From Lama glama (lineage: Eukaryota): a stretch of DNA of 64,000 nucleotides. Positions 49,750 through 63,411 of this stretch are shown in pieces. Position 1 is the stretch's first letter; each line of letters opens with the position of its first letter. The notes beneath the pieces are model-generated. The model was not told where the DNA came from, did not search any database, and worked only from the letters and a program-made list of their open reading frames with translations. A program made the position numbers and the translations under genes. The DNA is taken from positions 39,496,001 to 39,560,000 of the forward strand of contig CM052817.1 of the NCBI GenBank assembly GCA_028534125.1, given 5' to 3'.

Positions 49750-51675
49750 CTCACCCTATTTCATCAGCATTTTGACCTCAAGGAGACCTCCACTCCCTTG
49801 ATCCTTCCATTCTCTACAAGACTATCAGCCCCCTCTGGCTTTGTTTCCTTCCCTACTGAGCCAGGACCCCATGGTGCATCATTTCAACCTTGCTCCTCTT
49901 AGCACCTTCAATTTCCTCAACCCTTTGCCTCTGCCATGTACCCCTCCAACTCCAGATTCCTCCAGCAATCCATCTTTTCTATGCCTACGCCAAGACTGCC
50001 AAGCCCAGCTGGAGAGAATCACACAACCCTACACATTAATGCCACTGCAGATTTATGTTTTCTGATCTCAGCTGAATTCTCAACACCATTTCTCAACCTG
50101 TCCTGAGTTAGCTCCCACTCATTGCCCTTCAAGAGCTATTCTGAACCCTTGCCCCATTTCCCTCCTCCCCTCACTCTGATGACCTTGCTCCACATTCTGA
50201 GAGAAATAAAGCTATCAGTAGTGATCCTCCACCTGTCAGACCAGAAGTGGTGATGGGCTGTCTGGCCAGGTGGACCACAGAGCTAAGATGGCGTGCAGGA
50301 TGGGAAGCACCACTTATTGTAGGATCAGTACTTTCCCTGGGGACCATAATCATGCCTGATTAACAGCCACTGCCTGAAACACTAGCCTCCTTCCATGCTA
50401 TCCTTTTCTTCATCTCCTATTCACTCCCTAATTCACCACAACCCTGCTTCCACTTCCACCTCGTGACTGAAATTGTAGTTCCCTAGATTTCTTACAGCAT
50501 TCAAGGTCCTAATCAAATCTATACTTTCTACTTACTTCTTATCTTTATTGGATTTTCACACATTTGACCATCTCTTCTTAGCTATCAGTCTTTCCTTAAT
50601 CCTCCTCTAAGAAAAATTCTTGCTCAATTCCCTTTCCTGGCCATCTTTCCTCCACAATAGCTTAAAAAGTATGCCCACCACACTCTACCCACTGGGCAGC
50701 GCCTTCCATGGCTTTATCATCTCCATATTCAGGCTCCACATTCCTTCCCTCGGGAGGCTGGCTCCTACCCCAGTTATTTCCAGATCTCCAGAGAGTTGTT
50801 TCCTCTACCCAAAAGCTCACACAATAAACAGATATCAGTCAAAGCCACTTCCTCTGTACACAATCAGGCATCAGGCTTTGGTACACCTTCTTCTAAATGT
50901 CTTTCAATCCCCCCACTCCTCTCAATCCTCATCTCTTTCTGTTCCATTCAGAACCCCATCATCTTTCATCTGAAGGATTGTGCAGCAGCAGTGCCTGGTG
51001 CAGAGGTGACACTCAGTGAGCCCACGGTTGAATGAGTAAATGAGTAAATGAACAAACTGTATTAAACCATTATCTCTATAAAGTATACACAGCTAACTTT
51101 TACTTTTCAGATGACAAAATTGAAGCACGGAAAGACTGAGTAACTTCCCAGGGTTACATGCATCTAGAAAGTGGCAGAGGGTGGAGTCAAACCCAGACCA
51201 CTGAGCCTCAAACTCATGCTCTCCATACTATGAGCATTGCCTCGCTTGCACCCTCAAGGTAAGTCACTAGCTCTACCTGCCAAGTTCCTTAGCTACTCCA
51301 TGACTCTGGTCATGCTTTTCCAGAGGGACATTTCAAGGTTCTCATCAAATGGTCCTTCCCCCACTGTTCTGTTAGTTGTACTCCATTCTAGCTCTCAGTA
51401 CACAAATAGACTTCATTTCTCCTTGGAAGCTTTCCCTGGCCTTCCCAGACTATTACTGCTCCTCAACTGGATGCCTTTACTGTTTTATATCCACTTAGGT
51501 ATTATAACATTTAGGACACTGTATTGTAAATATGTGTGTCTCTCGACATATCTCTAGCCTGTGAGCTGAGGGATTAGAGACCTTCCCCTGTTCATCACTG
51601 ATACACAGAACGCAGCACAGTGCCTGCACCTGATAAGTACTCAGTCAACATTAAATGAACGGATGGATGGATGAC
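49750..51675 (+). mobile_element. Fragmented L2 LINE interrupted by a MIR (about 51090-51230)
   Basis: CT-rich L2 body (gatgaccttgctccacattctgagagaaata) and L2 3' tails at about 51050 and 51670. Confidence 0.7.
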
Positions 51676-51849
51676 ACTTAATAACTGATTGTGGTAACTA
51701 AGCTGCTCACAGATATGACATCTTTAACTCCAACAGATCTCAAAATGAGACTACCCTAAGTTTCAATGAGTGAAAAAAATAGAAATCAAACCTGTTCAAT
51801 TTATAAATGTTTATTAAATGTCTGCTATAATTATCTTTTTTCTTAGTTT

Positions 51850-52035
51850 CTTTTTTTTAAATTGAAGTATAGTCAGTTTATAATGTTAGTTTCAGGTGTA
51901 TAACAAAGCAACTCAGTTATATATATATACACACTTTTTTTTCAGATTCTTTTCCATTACAGCTTATTACAAGAAATTGAATATAGTTCCCTGTGCTATA
52001 ACCCTGTTGTTGTTTATCTATTGTATATATAATGA
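51850..52035 (-). mobile_element. Short, younger (artiodactyl-type) LINE-1 3' end
   Basis: Poly-T, then aattgaagtatagtcagtttataatgtt...ttgaatatagttccctgtgctata. Confidence 0.9.
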
Positions 52036-53429
52036 TGATATTTCTGCAGTTATCTTTTATTCTAGTTCAGGAGGTAGAAGCTAGGAAATACAAGGCCAGC
52101 TCAGAGAAGATTCATGGCAACACCAGCTGGTATAGAACCAAAATGTGAATGATATGAAATGATTAATAAGTGAATAAAAACCTTCCGTAAGTCATCATCA
52201 GAGCTTTTCCCAGCATATTTGAGTATTTTGAGCAATCTGTTTACTTGGCACTTACATGGTTTGTGCTGTGTGATGCTGCAGTATGAATTACGCAACAAAA
52301 GGCAAAGAGAACTAACCATGCCTGAACGTTTACTACATCCCTTTTGTGTGGTATTTTTCAGTTTTGCAATTACTTTCACATATAATATCTTCTTACAGAT
52401 AATGTGGTTTCTAGATTTCTTGCATTAAAATAAAACTTTGAAAGAGTAATCCAGGTTTCTTCAAATTGCAAAAAAATGAGAGGTTCAAAGGCTTAAATGA
52501 TATGCTTAAGTCCCATTGCCCTATGAGATTATCAAGAATTATCCTGATTTTACCAACGAGAAAACTGAGGCTCTAAGAATTTAAGTGATTCATCCCATTG
52601 TCACATAGCTAGTTAGTGATAAAGTCAAAATTTAAACCTTAGTTTTGTGGCTCCCAGCACGGTGCTCTCTCTCTTTTTATCTGAGCTCAGCCAAGACCTG
52701 GAGAAAACAAGTTCACGATCCATCAGGCAGTGGCATTGCCTAGAAGTTCAGCCGCTGGAGCAAGGTCCTGACCGACTAAGACCCACTCTTACTCATTTCT
52801 CTACTATAAAGTAGAAAACAGAGCCCATGTGTCTACATGCAATATATTTTAAATGTATGAATTTCATATACGGTACATTTTCTAAAAATGGAAAGCGATG
52901 GTATTGTTTGTAATGGGACATTAGCATTGATGTACTAATCTATTTTCAAAAAAAAAAAACAGAGACTTAGAAAGCCCTTTAAGTACTAGCTTTATATGCT
53001 ACTATTTTCATTTCAACTGAATGACCAAGCAGAAATTAAATTAATGAAGGACCATAAACTTCTCATGGGAAAAAACGACCAGCCAATCACTCCTTACTAC
53101 GTGGTCAGATTTTTCTTCTGGTATGGAAACAATCCTGCCTGAAGGTAAGTGCATAAGTATGTGTACACAAAATACTTATACTGAAGTAACTGCAGTTAGC
53201 ATGTTTCACGCCAGAGACTCATAACACAGAATTATAACTTAGATATGAAGTTATCCAGCCTCCTCATCTTATAGATAAATTTAAAGCAGTAATAATCACT
53301 GCTATTTATCAAGCGCCTACTCTGTTCTCATTATGCACATGTTATCCCTAAATTTATGCTACAGCCATTCTAAATGACTTGAGCTATCTTGAATATACTG
53401 TATTCAAGTTCCAAATGAAGACAAACACA

Positions 53430-53905
53430 CCCATTAGATTGTTGTTCATGGAAGCAAAGAGTTAAAGGCAACCTAAGTTTACTCATCACCAGGGGAATGT
53501 GTAAGTAAATCAGAGTAATTGCACGCGGTGGATCCTGGAAGCAGTCAGAAGCTGGACAATATAAACAGAGCGATATGAATAGATCTGAAAAGTTAAGTCT
53601 TTGGCAAAACTATGAGAAACAAAATGAGATTCATAGCCCATTAATGTTAAAGCAAATTAATAAGCAAATACCCACAAAATGACATCATATATTTTTTAAA
53701 TATACACATATCTAAAACTATATAACGGTGATTGGCTGAATAAATAAAGTGCTGGCAGAGTAAGGAAGAGGAATTGGAGAGAGGACCATGGATGAAAGGG
53801 AAATTATGAAATAAAATAAAAGAGGCTTGGTTGGACAGATGGTCACATCTGTGCAACAAAATGAGGAGTCAGATCAACTCATTTCTGGGCACCTAGAGTC
53901 CTAAA
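53430..53905 (+). mobile_element. Old L1ME/HAL1-like 3' fragment
   Basis: Similar to 15080-15560 (aagcagtcagaagc; gaggagtcagatcaactca). Confidence 0.55.
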
Positions 53906-54725
53906 GAAAAGAGGAGAAAAAGAAGAGAATATAAATACAAAGTGTCTCACCATTCCCCAAATTCTGTTATATTATAGGACAAGTAATTTCTTTATATGTA
54001 ATGATAAGATGGATTTTAGTACATGTGTTTTGAAGCTAGTTTCACTTCCAGTCTTTATGATCACTCCTTACTAATGCATCACTCTTATCGTAACACAGAG
54101 AGTACCATGGCTCTTAAATCTATTCAAAACTTCCACAAACCAATGCAAAAGTAGGAAAACAAAAACCAGGAATGCACACGCCACCTTCTATAAAACCAGG
54201 AGAAATCTGTGACCCTAAAACACAATATGTGAGGACAGCTGCTGAAATCAAGAAAGCTCAGTTAGGAGACATTTTTTTCTCAGTTATAAGAAAAAAATGT
54301 CTACAGCTGTGAATCTCAGACAAAACCCCAGAGAACAGCTTACCTAAGGAGAGAGAACTGACGTTCCCTTGTTTGACTCAACAGAAACAGGAAGTAAAGG
54401 CTGGTGGTGGAAGTGTCCCTTCATAACAGAGAGAAACAGGCAAAAAGAGACTAAGCAAGAAGTCAGAAGAGCACAGATATTTGTTCAAAACAGTATATCA
54501 GGAGGAGAGATGGAAGAGAGACAACGTCATAAGCAGACATACAGCTGTCCATCTCTACCAGCTGGGGAGCAATAAAGTCTGGAAGAAGATACACACACCA
54601 CTCTATGTGGCAAATCAGGAACACTGTCCTAGCCTGCCCTCTACTCAGAACTCCTGCAAATAGTGTTTCCAAGAAAAATTTAAGACTTTAAAAAATAAAG
54701 AATAACTTCTAAAAAGTAATCAGCA

Positions 54726-54943
54726 TAAGGGGGTGGGAAGGGATAAATTGGGAATTCGAAAATTGGATCTCTTGGGGAGTGATGGAAATGTTAGCTATCT
54801 TGATTATTGTGGTGGTTTTATGGATGTATATATTTATCAAAATTCATCAAATTGTACATTTGAAATATGTGGTTTACTGTACAGGAATCATATCACAATA
54901 AAGATGTTAAAAAATAAAAATTAAATAAGGGACAAAGGAAGGA
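54726..54943 (+). mobile_element. Short L1 3'-end insertion with a 15-bp TSD
   Basis: TSD aaaaagtaatcagca at 54711-54725 and 54944-54958; internal aaaattcatcaaattgtaca...aataaa. Confidence 0.85.
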
Positions 54944-55559
54944 AAAAAGTAATCAGCACAGAATCTATGCAAAAATATAAGAAGAAAAAGAAGATGTTTT
55001 AAAATAATGACAAAGAAACACTGAGAAAAATGTTATCTAGATCTGACATAACCAGATATATTGCCCAATGTTTAAAAAGTTCAATTGAACACAGTTCAAT
55101 AACAATGTTTAAAAACTTCAATAATCAAAACAAGAGGTCAAGACAGAAATACAATAGTTCAAGAAGATATGGAAAGACAAAAAACATAAACATGAGTTGG
55201 CAGATCTCAGAAAAAAAGTAAAACAAAAAAAAAATCTCAAAAATGCAGACCACATTGAAAGCAGCACAGAGAATAGTAGAAACTGCCACAAAAAAATAAA
55301 GGACATGGAAGATGGGATAAAAATAAGCAGAACAAAATAAAAATGAAAAAATGGTTAAAACAGTTTAGAAAGAAAAAGTTATGGTTAAAACAGACAAAAT
55401 TAATCCAATATATTGATAATTGATGTCTCTGAAGAACTGAACCCTCAAAAATATATATATATATCAACTTAACTTAAGAAAACTTCACAGGAATAAGACT
55501 TGAGTCTTAGACAGACTGAAAGAGCACACTAAGTCCCAGGAAAATATGATGCAGAGTAA

Positions 55560-56590
55560 TTATATCAAACAGGCTCAACTGCAGATAAATTAAACACTCC
55601 AGCTCTCTTCAGAAGAATGTAATACATGGGGACTACCTGCTTACACAAAAGTTGAAAGGGCTTTTTAAAAGAAGTCTCTAGTCCAACCTTTCAAGGATAA
55701 CTTCCAGAATACCACCACAAAACTAGCCCATCTAGGGGGGCTGCAACTTCTACCATAATTAAGAAATTGCAGATCAGTAAAAGAGCCACCTCGTGTGCAA
55801 ACACTAGTTTGCATACCACCTTTGCCCTAATCCAGAGATCAAGGCTGTGTTTATTTCGTTTGGACTGTCATAACAAAAGCAGTATACACTGAGTGACTCA
55901 AACAACAAATATTTATTTCTCACAGTTCTGGAGGCTGGGGAGTTCAAGATCAAGATACCAGCAGTTTCTGTGTCTGGTGGTAGCTTGATTCGTGGTTCAC
56001 AGTAGCTGTCTTCTCATGTGTCCTCACCTGGCAGAAGGATCAAGGGAGATCTCTGCGGTCTCTTTTATAAGGACATCAATGCCATTCTTGAGGGCTTCAC
56101 CGTCATGACCTAATCACCTCCTCAAAGCACCATCTCCTAATACCATCACATTGGGAGTTAGGATTTCAAAATATAAATTTTGGGGGCACACAAACATTCT
56201 ATCCATAACAGGAAATCACTGCTATCACTGTTGGCTCTGTTATCACCAACAATCAGCTATGATCCATGCCAACCAATGGTTATTCCACCTACAGTCTTTT
56301 GACACCTCTAAACAAAAGGACCAGACACTGACATGTCTGGTACTGCTGCTAAAGAATAAAGCAAATGCTTGCAATCCTGGGTTTTCCAGCAAAAGTGGTG
56401 GCAGCAGAAGAAACTTTGCCTTTGACCCTCTGCCACTTTTTGAATCTCACATGAGTCATTTGTGGCAGCTAAATTACAAGCAGAATCTGAGCTTCAGGGA
56501 ATTCTAGAATATGAACTCTTTGGTAGATGGAATGCTTAATGAGAGTTGGGATGGAATTGGATGAAAAAAAATCTACAACATCTGCCACAA
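55560..56590 (-). mobile_element. Ancient solo LTR (LTR78/LTR79-like) split by an MLT1A
   Basis: Ends atctacaacatctgccaca and resembles the copy at 5750-6360. Confidence 0.55.
55846..56210 (-). mobile_element. MaLR solo LTR (MLT1A-like)
   Basis: tttatttctcacagttctggaggctggggagttcaagatcaag...catgacctaatcacctc...cacaaacattctatccataaca. Confidence 0.93.
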
Positions 56591-59169
56591 TGAACATGAT
56601 AAATGTCTAGGTAAAAATACTGGATGTCAAAGTTCAATAAAAATTAAAAAGACTCTTAAGCGTCCAGGAAACAGATCAGGTCATCTAGAAAGAGAAAAAT
56701 ACCAGACTGTCCAAAAACAATATTAACAACAGCAATGCTAAAGGGTAAAAGAAGGTGGAGTGATGCCTATAAATTCCTTGAGAAACAATCATGTGACCTA
56801 AGTATTTTACTCCCAGATGAACTTTTGTTCAAGTGAAAGGCAATAGGTAAACATTGTTAATATGTAAGAATTTCTTGAAGAAACTACTAGAGAAGGAACT
56901 TCAGTCAATCAAAAGATGAACAAAGAAACAATGGCAAAAAGACTGCCAATAATAATTGAATCAATTTAGCTACAGAATCAAAAAGAAAATAAATGTGAGA
57001 ACAATGATTTCAGAGAAAAACGTAAATATTTTAAACCTTGACAGTGTAGAAATGATAAAATTAGTATACATTGGAGAGTGAAGGAGAAGAGAAGGTGGGA
57101 AACAGTGCAAGTATACTAATTTCCTCATTTTTGAAAAGCCGGGGATGAAAAGATAAAATTTAAAGCTGACAAAACAGCTAATCACGGTAGAAGCATATGT
57201 AAAATAGAAAGAGAAAAACTATTAAAATAATGTAATTTATCAAAACCAGGTATTAGAAGGGAGGGAGAAGAGGATATGTAGTAAATGGAAATGTACTAAC
57301 TCTGTAATTAATCATAATAAGGAGTCAGTAGATACTATCAAAAGAAAGAGGAAATTAAATATAAACTTGTTATAAAAGCAACCACTAGATAAACTCCCAC
57401 AAAAATTCCAAAGTATATTTAATATCATTGGTTAAAGGTAAAAGAAGTGAAAAAATAACAAAAACTTCATATAACTATTTGTAAACCACATACCTAAAAC
57501 ATACAGAAAAGTAAAAGCTAAAAGAAGGAAAAAGATACACCATGCAAATACTACCTGAAAAAAACTGATATAAAAATGCAAAGAAAATGAAAAACTGGAC
57601 AGTAGTATACAAGTGAGGAGAGAAAGTTTCTAAACTAAGGTATTTTAAAGAACCTGTACTGCTTGTGAGAATGATAAGCTATTGATTACCTGTACATAGA
57701 CAACTTATTTAGTTACCCTGCCTGGTGTTTTCTGGGCCTTTGCAAGTCTCTCCAGCTAGTCTTGATGCCAGGCCTAGAATAGCTATAGCAAAGAAGACTG
57801 GTGGACACTTCCTTAGTCTAGTGAACACCATCATCAGTAATGGGACAAACAAAATGGCATGCCACCCAACAGAATGCAATGAGAAGAACATAGCATCACT
57901 TCTTGGTATTCCTATCAAAGATGCATAACCTGAGTCTAGTCATGAGGAAGCAGCAGACAAATCCAAACTGAGGAACATCCTAAATCTTCAAAAGTGTTCA
58001 GGTCATGAAAATCCAGGAAAGACTGAGAAACTTTTCCAAACTGAAGAAGATGAAAGCAACATGACAACTGAAGAGAACATGTGATTCTAAACTGTATCAT
58101 TTTCATCTGAAGAACATTTTAGAGTATCTCGTGAAAACTAAATGTGGTCTGGGGATTAGATGGTAATAATGTATCAATGTTAATTCCTGATTTTTTATTA
58201 TCATATCATAATTATGTAGAAGACTTTCATTGCTTATAGGAAATACACCAAAAAAAATGTTAGTGGGAGTTGGGGCATCAGGTCAGGAATTTATTATCAA
58301 ATGTAGAGGGGAAAAAAGATCAGTTGATACAGAGTGAGGAACCCCCAAATTAGCAGAAAGTGGGGCAAGGAAGGGTGGAGAAAAAAAAACTGTATCAATT
58401 CAAAAAAAAGATAAAAAAAGAAAAAACAGAAAATGTAAAAGAAGAACAAATAGAGGACACAAAATCAAATAATAAAAAAAGAATCTAAATGTATCTATAA
58501 TAGATTAAACTCTATGATAAAAACAAAGATTGTTAAGACTAGATTTTTTTTAAATCCAACTAAATGCTATTTAACAGAGATATGCACAAAAGCTAAGGAC
58601 ATTGATGGCATAGTTTTAAGGTAAAATTTTAGAAAAATATATACTAAGTAAATATTAACCAAAAAATGTTCTCTCATTATATTGCAAAAAAGTCAGAAAT
58701 ATAACTAGGAGAAACTTGTATGTTTGGAAATTCTAAAAAGCCAAATCTAAGCAGTTTTTGGTCAAAAAAGAAATTCTAATGGAAATTAGAAAATATTTAC
58801 AACAGTACGGTATTAGAAATATTCCATATTAAAATTATGACAATGTAGAAATTAGAGAGTAATTTAAGCTTAAGAACATATATTAGAAAAGAAGAAAATG
58901 TGAAAATTAATTATCTAAATAAGCATCAAACTTAAGAATTTGTAAAAAGTATACAATAAACCAAAGGCAAGTAGAATAAATAAATTATAAAGATAATAAA
59001 ATTTTAAAACATACACTAATTTAATAAAAAATTGTTTCTTGAATACCGAGCATGAGTCAGGCACTCATGGTGGGGCCTGAGGAAACAGCAATAGTCAAAA
59101 TAAGACAACATCCCTACCCTCATGTAGTTAATATTTTAATAGTTTGAAATATATGATAAGTAAATAATT

Positions 59170-59830
59170 TTGGAGAGTTCCTGTATATCCCTTGGCCAGT
59201 TTCCCCAGTTGTTAGCATCTTATATTACCATGGTACATTTGTCAAAAACTAAGAAACTGATATTGGTACATCACTATTAACCAACTCTAGATTTTACTTG
59301 GAATTCATTTAGCTTTTTTATTAATATATTCTGTTGATTTATTTTTTATAGATTCTAGTCTTCTATTGAAATGTATCATCTATTTTTCTATTTCTTCAAC
59401 ATATCAATCATAGTTATTTAAAAGTCTATGTCTAATAACTTTAATTTCTGAGTCATCTATGAGTCTGCTTTTAGTCTTTATTTCTTCTTTTGATTTTCAG
59501 TTTTGATCTTGTTTTTTGACACTCTTGGTGATTTGTGATTGCTCACTGAATATAGTATATGAACATTTTTAGGTCCAAGATAATATTATCTACCACCAGA
59601 AAGGATCTAATTTCTTCTAATGTGCAGAGTAAAGGCAGATTACCTTGTTCCAGTCAAGGCTAGGTATCTGTCATTGTGAGGGCTGGTCTATTTCTGGTTT
59701 GCCTTCACCCTCAAAATGCAGGCTTTACTCTTAATGTGTGTCTATTGAGGGAGTACAAATGAAAGCTTGAGGTGTTCATCAGAGCCACTCCATCTTATAG
59801 GCCCCTAAACTCCAATTTCCAACTCCCTAG
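59170..59830 (-). mobile_element. Antisense L1 fragments (L1MC-like 3' piece and an older L1 piece)
   Basis: catcttatattaccatggtacatttgtcaaaaactaagaaact followed by a T-rich body. Confidence 0.7.
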
Positions 59831-60402
59831 CAGCACAACACTGCCAAGGGAAGTAATACACACATACAATTTTACCTGTCCACTCCAATCCTTATCTGTG
59901 GTGCATTTTCATAAACTATTTTCCTGTACTATTTTATTTAATCATCATAACCAGCCTATGAATTAGGTATGTCAGGTATGTGAGTCTTACTAAGAAATCC
60001 TGTCAACTACCATATTTGCAATATCTGAAATAGTGTCCAACAAACAGTAAACCTACAATTGAGTATTTGTTGAATTAAGGAATTTGAATAATAAAGATGT
60101 AAAGGAAAAATGAAAAACTATTTTTTGCCTACTAAGTTGAAAAAGATAAGAAAACTGTGGTTCTTGTTTTCAAAAAGAGCCTGATGAATTAACATACCTC
60201 AATATTTTGTGTAATAGTATATTATACTGATATAAACCTTTTAGAAATTGTTTGCTTATTCACACATTTGTTAAACATTTACTGAGTATCCAGTGGTGCA
60301 TCATGTGTGCTTGGCTTTGGAACATCGTAATATCTTAACATGTTCCCTGTCTTCCAGTATCTTTTTGGAAACACATATTAATAAATTAAAAAATATTCAT
60401 TT

Positions 60403-61552
60403 CCAAGGCAACAAAAGCAAAAATAAACCAGTGGGACTACATGAAACTAAAAATATTTCTGCACAGCAAAGGAAACAATCAGCAAAATGAAAAGGCAACC
60501 TATGGAATAAGAGAAAATAGATGCAAAGTATACATCTGATTAGGGGTTAATAATATATATATATAATCAACTCAATAGCAAAACAAAATTGATTTAAAAA
60601 TGGGCAGAGGAACTGAATAAATATTTTTCCAAAAAAGGCTATAGATGGCCAACAAGTACATGAACGGGTGCTCAACATCACTAATCATTAGGAAAATGCA
60701 AATAAAAATCATGAGATATTATCTCATACCTGTTAGAATGGCTATTATCAAAAGACAAGAAATAACAAGTGTTGACAAGGATGTGAAGAAAAGGAAACCC
60801 TTGTACACTGTTAGTGGGAAGGTAAATTGGCACCACCACTATGGAAAACAGTATAGAAGTTCCTCAAAAAAATAAAGATAGAACTACCATATGATCAAGC
60901 AATTTCATTTCTGGGTATATATCCAAAGGAAACAGTCACTATCTCAAAAAGACACCTGCACTCCCACATTCACTGCAGCACTATTTACAATAGCCAAGAC
61001 ATGGAAACAACCTAAGTGTCCATCCACTGGATAGATTTAAAAAAGTGATATTTATATACAATAGAATATTATCCAGCCATAGGGGGGAAAAAGGAAATCC
61101 TGCCATTTGTAACAACATGGATGAAACTTAAGGGTATCATGCTAAGTGAAATAAGTCAGACAGGAAAAGACAAATAGTATATGATTTCATTCACATGTAG
61201 AATCTAAAAAAACCAAACTCACAGATATGCAGAACACATTGGTGGTTGCCAGAAGTGGGGTCTTGAGATGGGGGAGTGAAATGGGTGAAGGTGGTCAAAA
61301 GGGGAATGCAATGTATAGCATGGAAAATATAGTTAATAATACTATATTGTGTATTTGAAGGCTGCTGTAAGAGTCAATCTTAAAAGTTACCATCACTAGA
61401 AAAAAATCTGTAACTATGTAAGGTGACAGATGTTAACTAAACTTATTGTGGTAGTCATTTTGTAATATATACATGTATCATCACTATGTTGTACACCTGG
61501 GTCCAATACAGTGTAACATGTCAATTATATCTCCACAAAACCAGAAAAAAAT
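60403..61552 (+). mobile_element. 5'-truncated LINE-1 (ORF2 C-terminus plus 3' UTR, L1MA9/10-like)
   Basis: ORF 60645..60875 (MANKYMNGCSTSLIIRKMQIKIMRYYLIPVRMAIIK) is an L1 ORF2p C-terminal remnant, followed by a typical 3' UTR and A tail. Confidence 0.95.
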
Positions 61553-61679
61553 TAACCTATGAATTAAAAAAAAGAGGAGAAAGAAACACACTAAATTATT
61601 AGTAGTTATATTTCATCAGCAGGATAATGAGGGATTTCTTTTTGCTGTTGTATATTTTTCACACTTTCTGAAATAAGCA

Positions 61680-61925
61680 TATATAGTATATCAGTAAAGA
61701 GCAAGTTGTCCCAGGCTACACTGCCTGGATTTGAATCCCAGCTCTGTCACTCACTAATTGAGTGACCTCGGGCAGGGTCCTTACTTCTCTATGACTCAAG
61801 TGTCTCACTCTGTGAAATGGCAGTAAGAGAACCAATCTCACAGACTAAATGAATTAATATAAAAAACCAGCTAGAATAGTGCCTGGCATGTACTAAGTAC
61901 TACATAACTGTCAAATATTATTATT
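61680..61925 (+). mobile_element. Near full-length MIR SINE
   Basis: ctgcctggatttgaatcccagctctgtcactcact...gtgacctcgggcag...agaatagtgcctggca. Confidence 0.92.
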
Positions 61926-62199
61926 CCTTCTATCATGGAAAAATAAAGTTTAAGAAGAAAAAGCATGACTATCCCAAAACACAATTCAATAATTCCTTTT
62001 TTCTTCTCTATATTTTACAGACACAAACAGCTATGAGATATGGGTGAAATTTTGCCTCTTTGGACTTTTTTCTTACAAAATAGACACCTTGAGCTTTTTT
62101 TGTTATTTTCTTTCTCTATCTCAAATTCAGCTATTCATCACTATCCATTGATAACTACCTCCATATTTGGAAGCCCAGGTTTACTTAGGGACAGGATTA

Positions 62200-62590
62200 G
62201 CACCTAGTAGGGCTGGCTTAAATACCAGTAATAGACAATAAGTAATAGATAACATTCCCAGGGCCATAGGAATCAGACTAGTCAATGAGATATCTACCCA
62301 GGGCTTTTTCAGGAACAAGTAGTATTCCCTTCCCACTGTTAGGGTGAAAGTCTAGAACTGCTATTCAGCCTTTTTGCCACTGCACTAGGAACACCTGTGA
62401 AGTCTACATGAAGAAGTCAGAACCAAAAGATGAAGACAGTATCATGGCAGCATCACTTAGCATCTTGATATTCTGTGGCTGAGACCAAATGTACCTGCAG
62501 ATGTTCAAGTCACATTATCTGACGAATTCCCTTTTATCTTTTAACTAACTGGAGTGGGTTTGACACTAATGACAAAGAAGCTGTTACTAA
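62200..62590 (+). mobile_element. MaLR LTR fragment (old MLT1)
   Basis: cagacta gtcaatgaga...aattcccttttatcttttaactaactggagtgggttt. Confidence 0.55.
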
Positions 62591-62680
62591 TTCACAAGTG
62601 ATTTCTCACTTAATTTTCAAAACAACACTATAAAGCCAATACTATTATCCCACTTATGCATTAAGAAATTGAGACTTAGA

Positions 62681-62841
62681 GGGGGCAGGGTATAGCTCAA
62701 TGGCAGAGTGCATGCTTAGCATGCACGAGATCCTGGGTTCAATCCCCAGTACCTCCATTAAAAAATAAATGACTAAACCCAATTATGTCCCCCCCAAAAT
62801 AAACAATAATTAAAATTTTTAAATTTTTTTTAAAAAGAAAA
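62681..62841 (+). mobile_element. tRNA-Ala(AGC)-derived SINE (camelid Vic-1-like) inserted in an antisense MIR
   Basis: The head resembles tRNA-Ala, with A box tagctcaatgg, anticodon arm gcatgc-ttagcat-gcacg and B box ggttcaatccc, ending acctcca at 62757. It has a non-tRNA A-rich tail and a perfect 15-bp TSD aaattgagacttaga (62666-62680 and 62842-62856). Confidence 0.92.
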
Positions 62842-63411
62842 AAATTGAGACTTAGAAAGAAAGATCATATATAACTTACCTTAAACTGGCAACCAGGAAC
62901 TGGTAGAACCAAAATTTGAACCAGTGGGTCCAGGCAATCTGGTCTAGCTCCCCAGTCACCTCTCCCTTTGTGCCCACACTATGCTCTACACATTCTTCCA
63001 ACAGGGCACCAGGAACCTTTGATTAGTTTTCCTCTGTCTCTTCCTATCAGTTAGGGAACCCATCCTCTTATCATTAGTGGGGCAAATACTGAATAAATCT
63101 TTGTCAAATGCATTGACCTCTGCTTAACCAATTTCAGATGGAGATTTTTGCCCTCATCAAAAGGAATCATTTCTTTGCTCATGGACCATACACACTTAGG
63201 GTCAAACTAACTGGTTTTCTCCTAAACTTTTCAAGGCACATGTTAAGATCTGCAGTTACTGATGGTGTTGACCTATGACTCCACCCAAAATCACCTAGAA
63301 TAGAGCTGTGCCTTTAGAGGGTGAGAGTCTAAGACACGTGTCCACATTTAGTAAGACTTTAACAGTTTCAGATGTAACCCACTGTTCTAGTCACACAGAG
63401 TATACTACAAG

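Larger units (their letters stand above)
54100..59040 (+). mobile_element. Large decayed ancient LINE-1-type body (ORF1 and ORF2-start remnants) carrying nested elements
   Basis: Strongly A-rich strand with L1 motifs (gaaaaagatacaccatgcaaatact, aatggaaattagaaaatattt, catatattagaaaagaagaaa). No intact ORF; probably several merged fragments. Confidence 0.65.

Noticed and set aside
53030..53150. Plus-strand exon ending at GAAG|gtaagt (similar donors near 1870, 4814 and 51259)
   Set aside because: No convincing paired acceptor or recognisable peptide. Isolated consensus donors are expected by chance.
62681..62757. Functional tRNA-Ala(AGC) gene
   Set aside because: Extra 5' bases disturb the acceptor stem, and it has a SINE tail and a 15-bp TSD, so it is a retroposed SINE.
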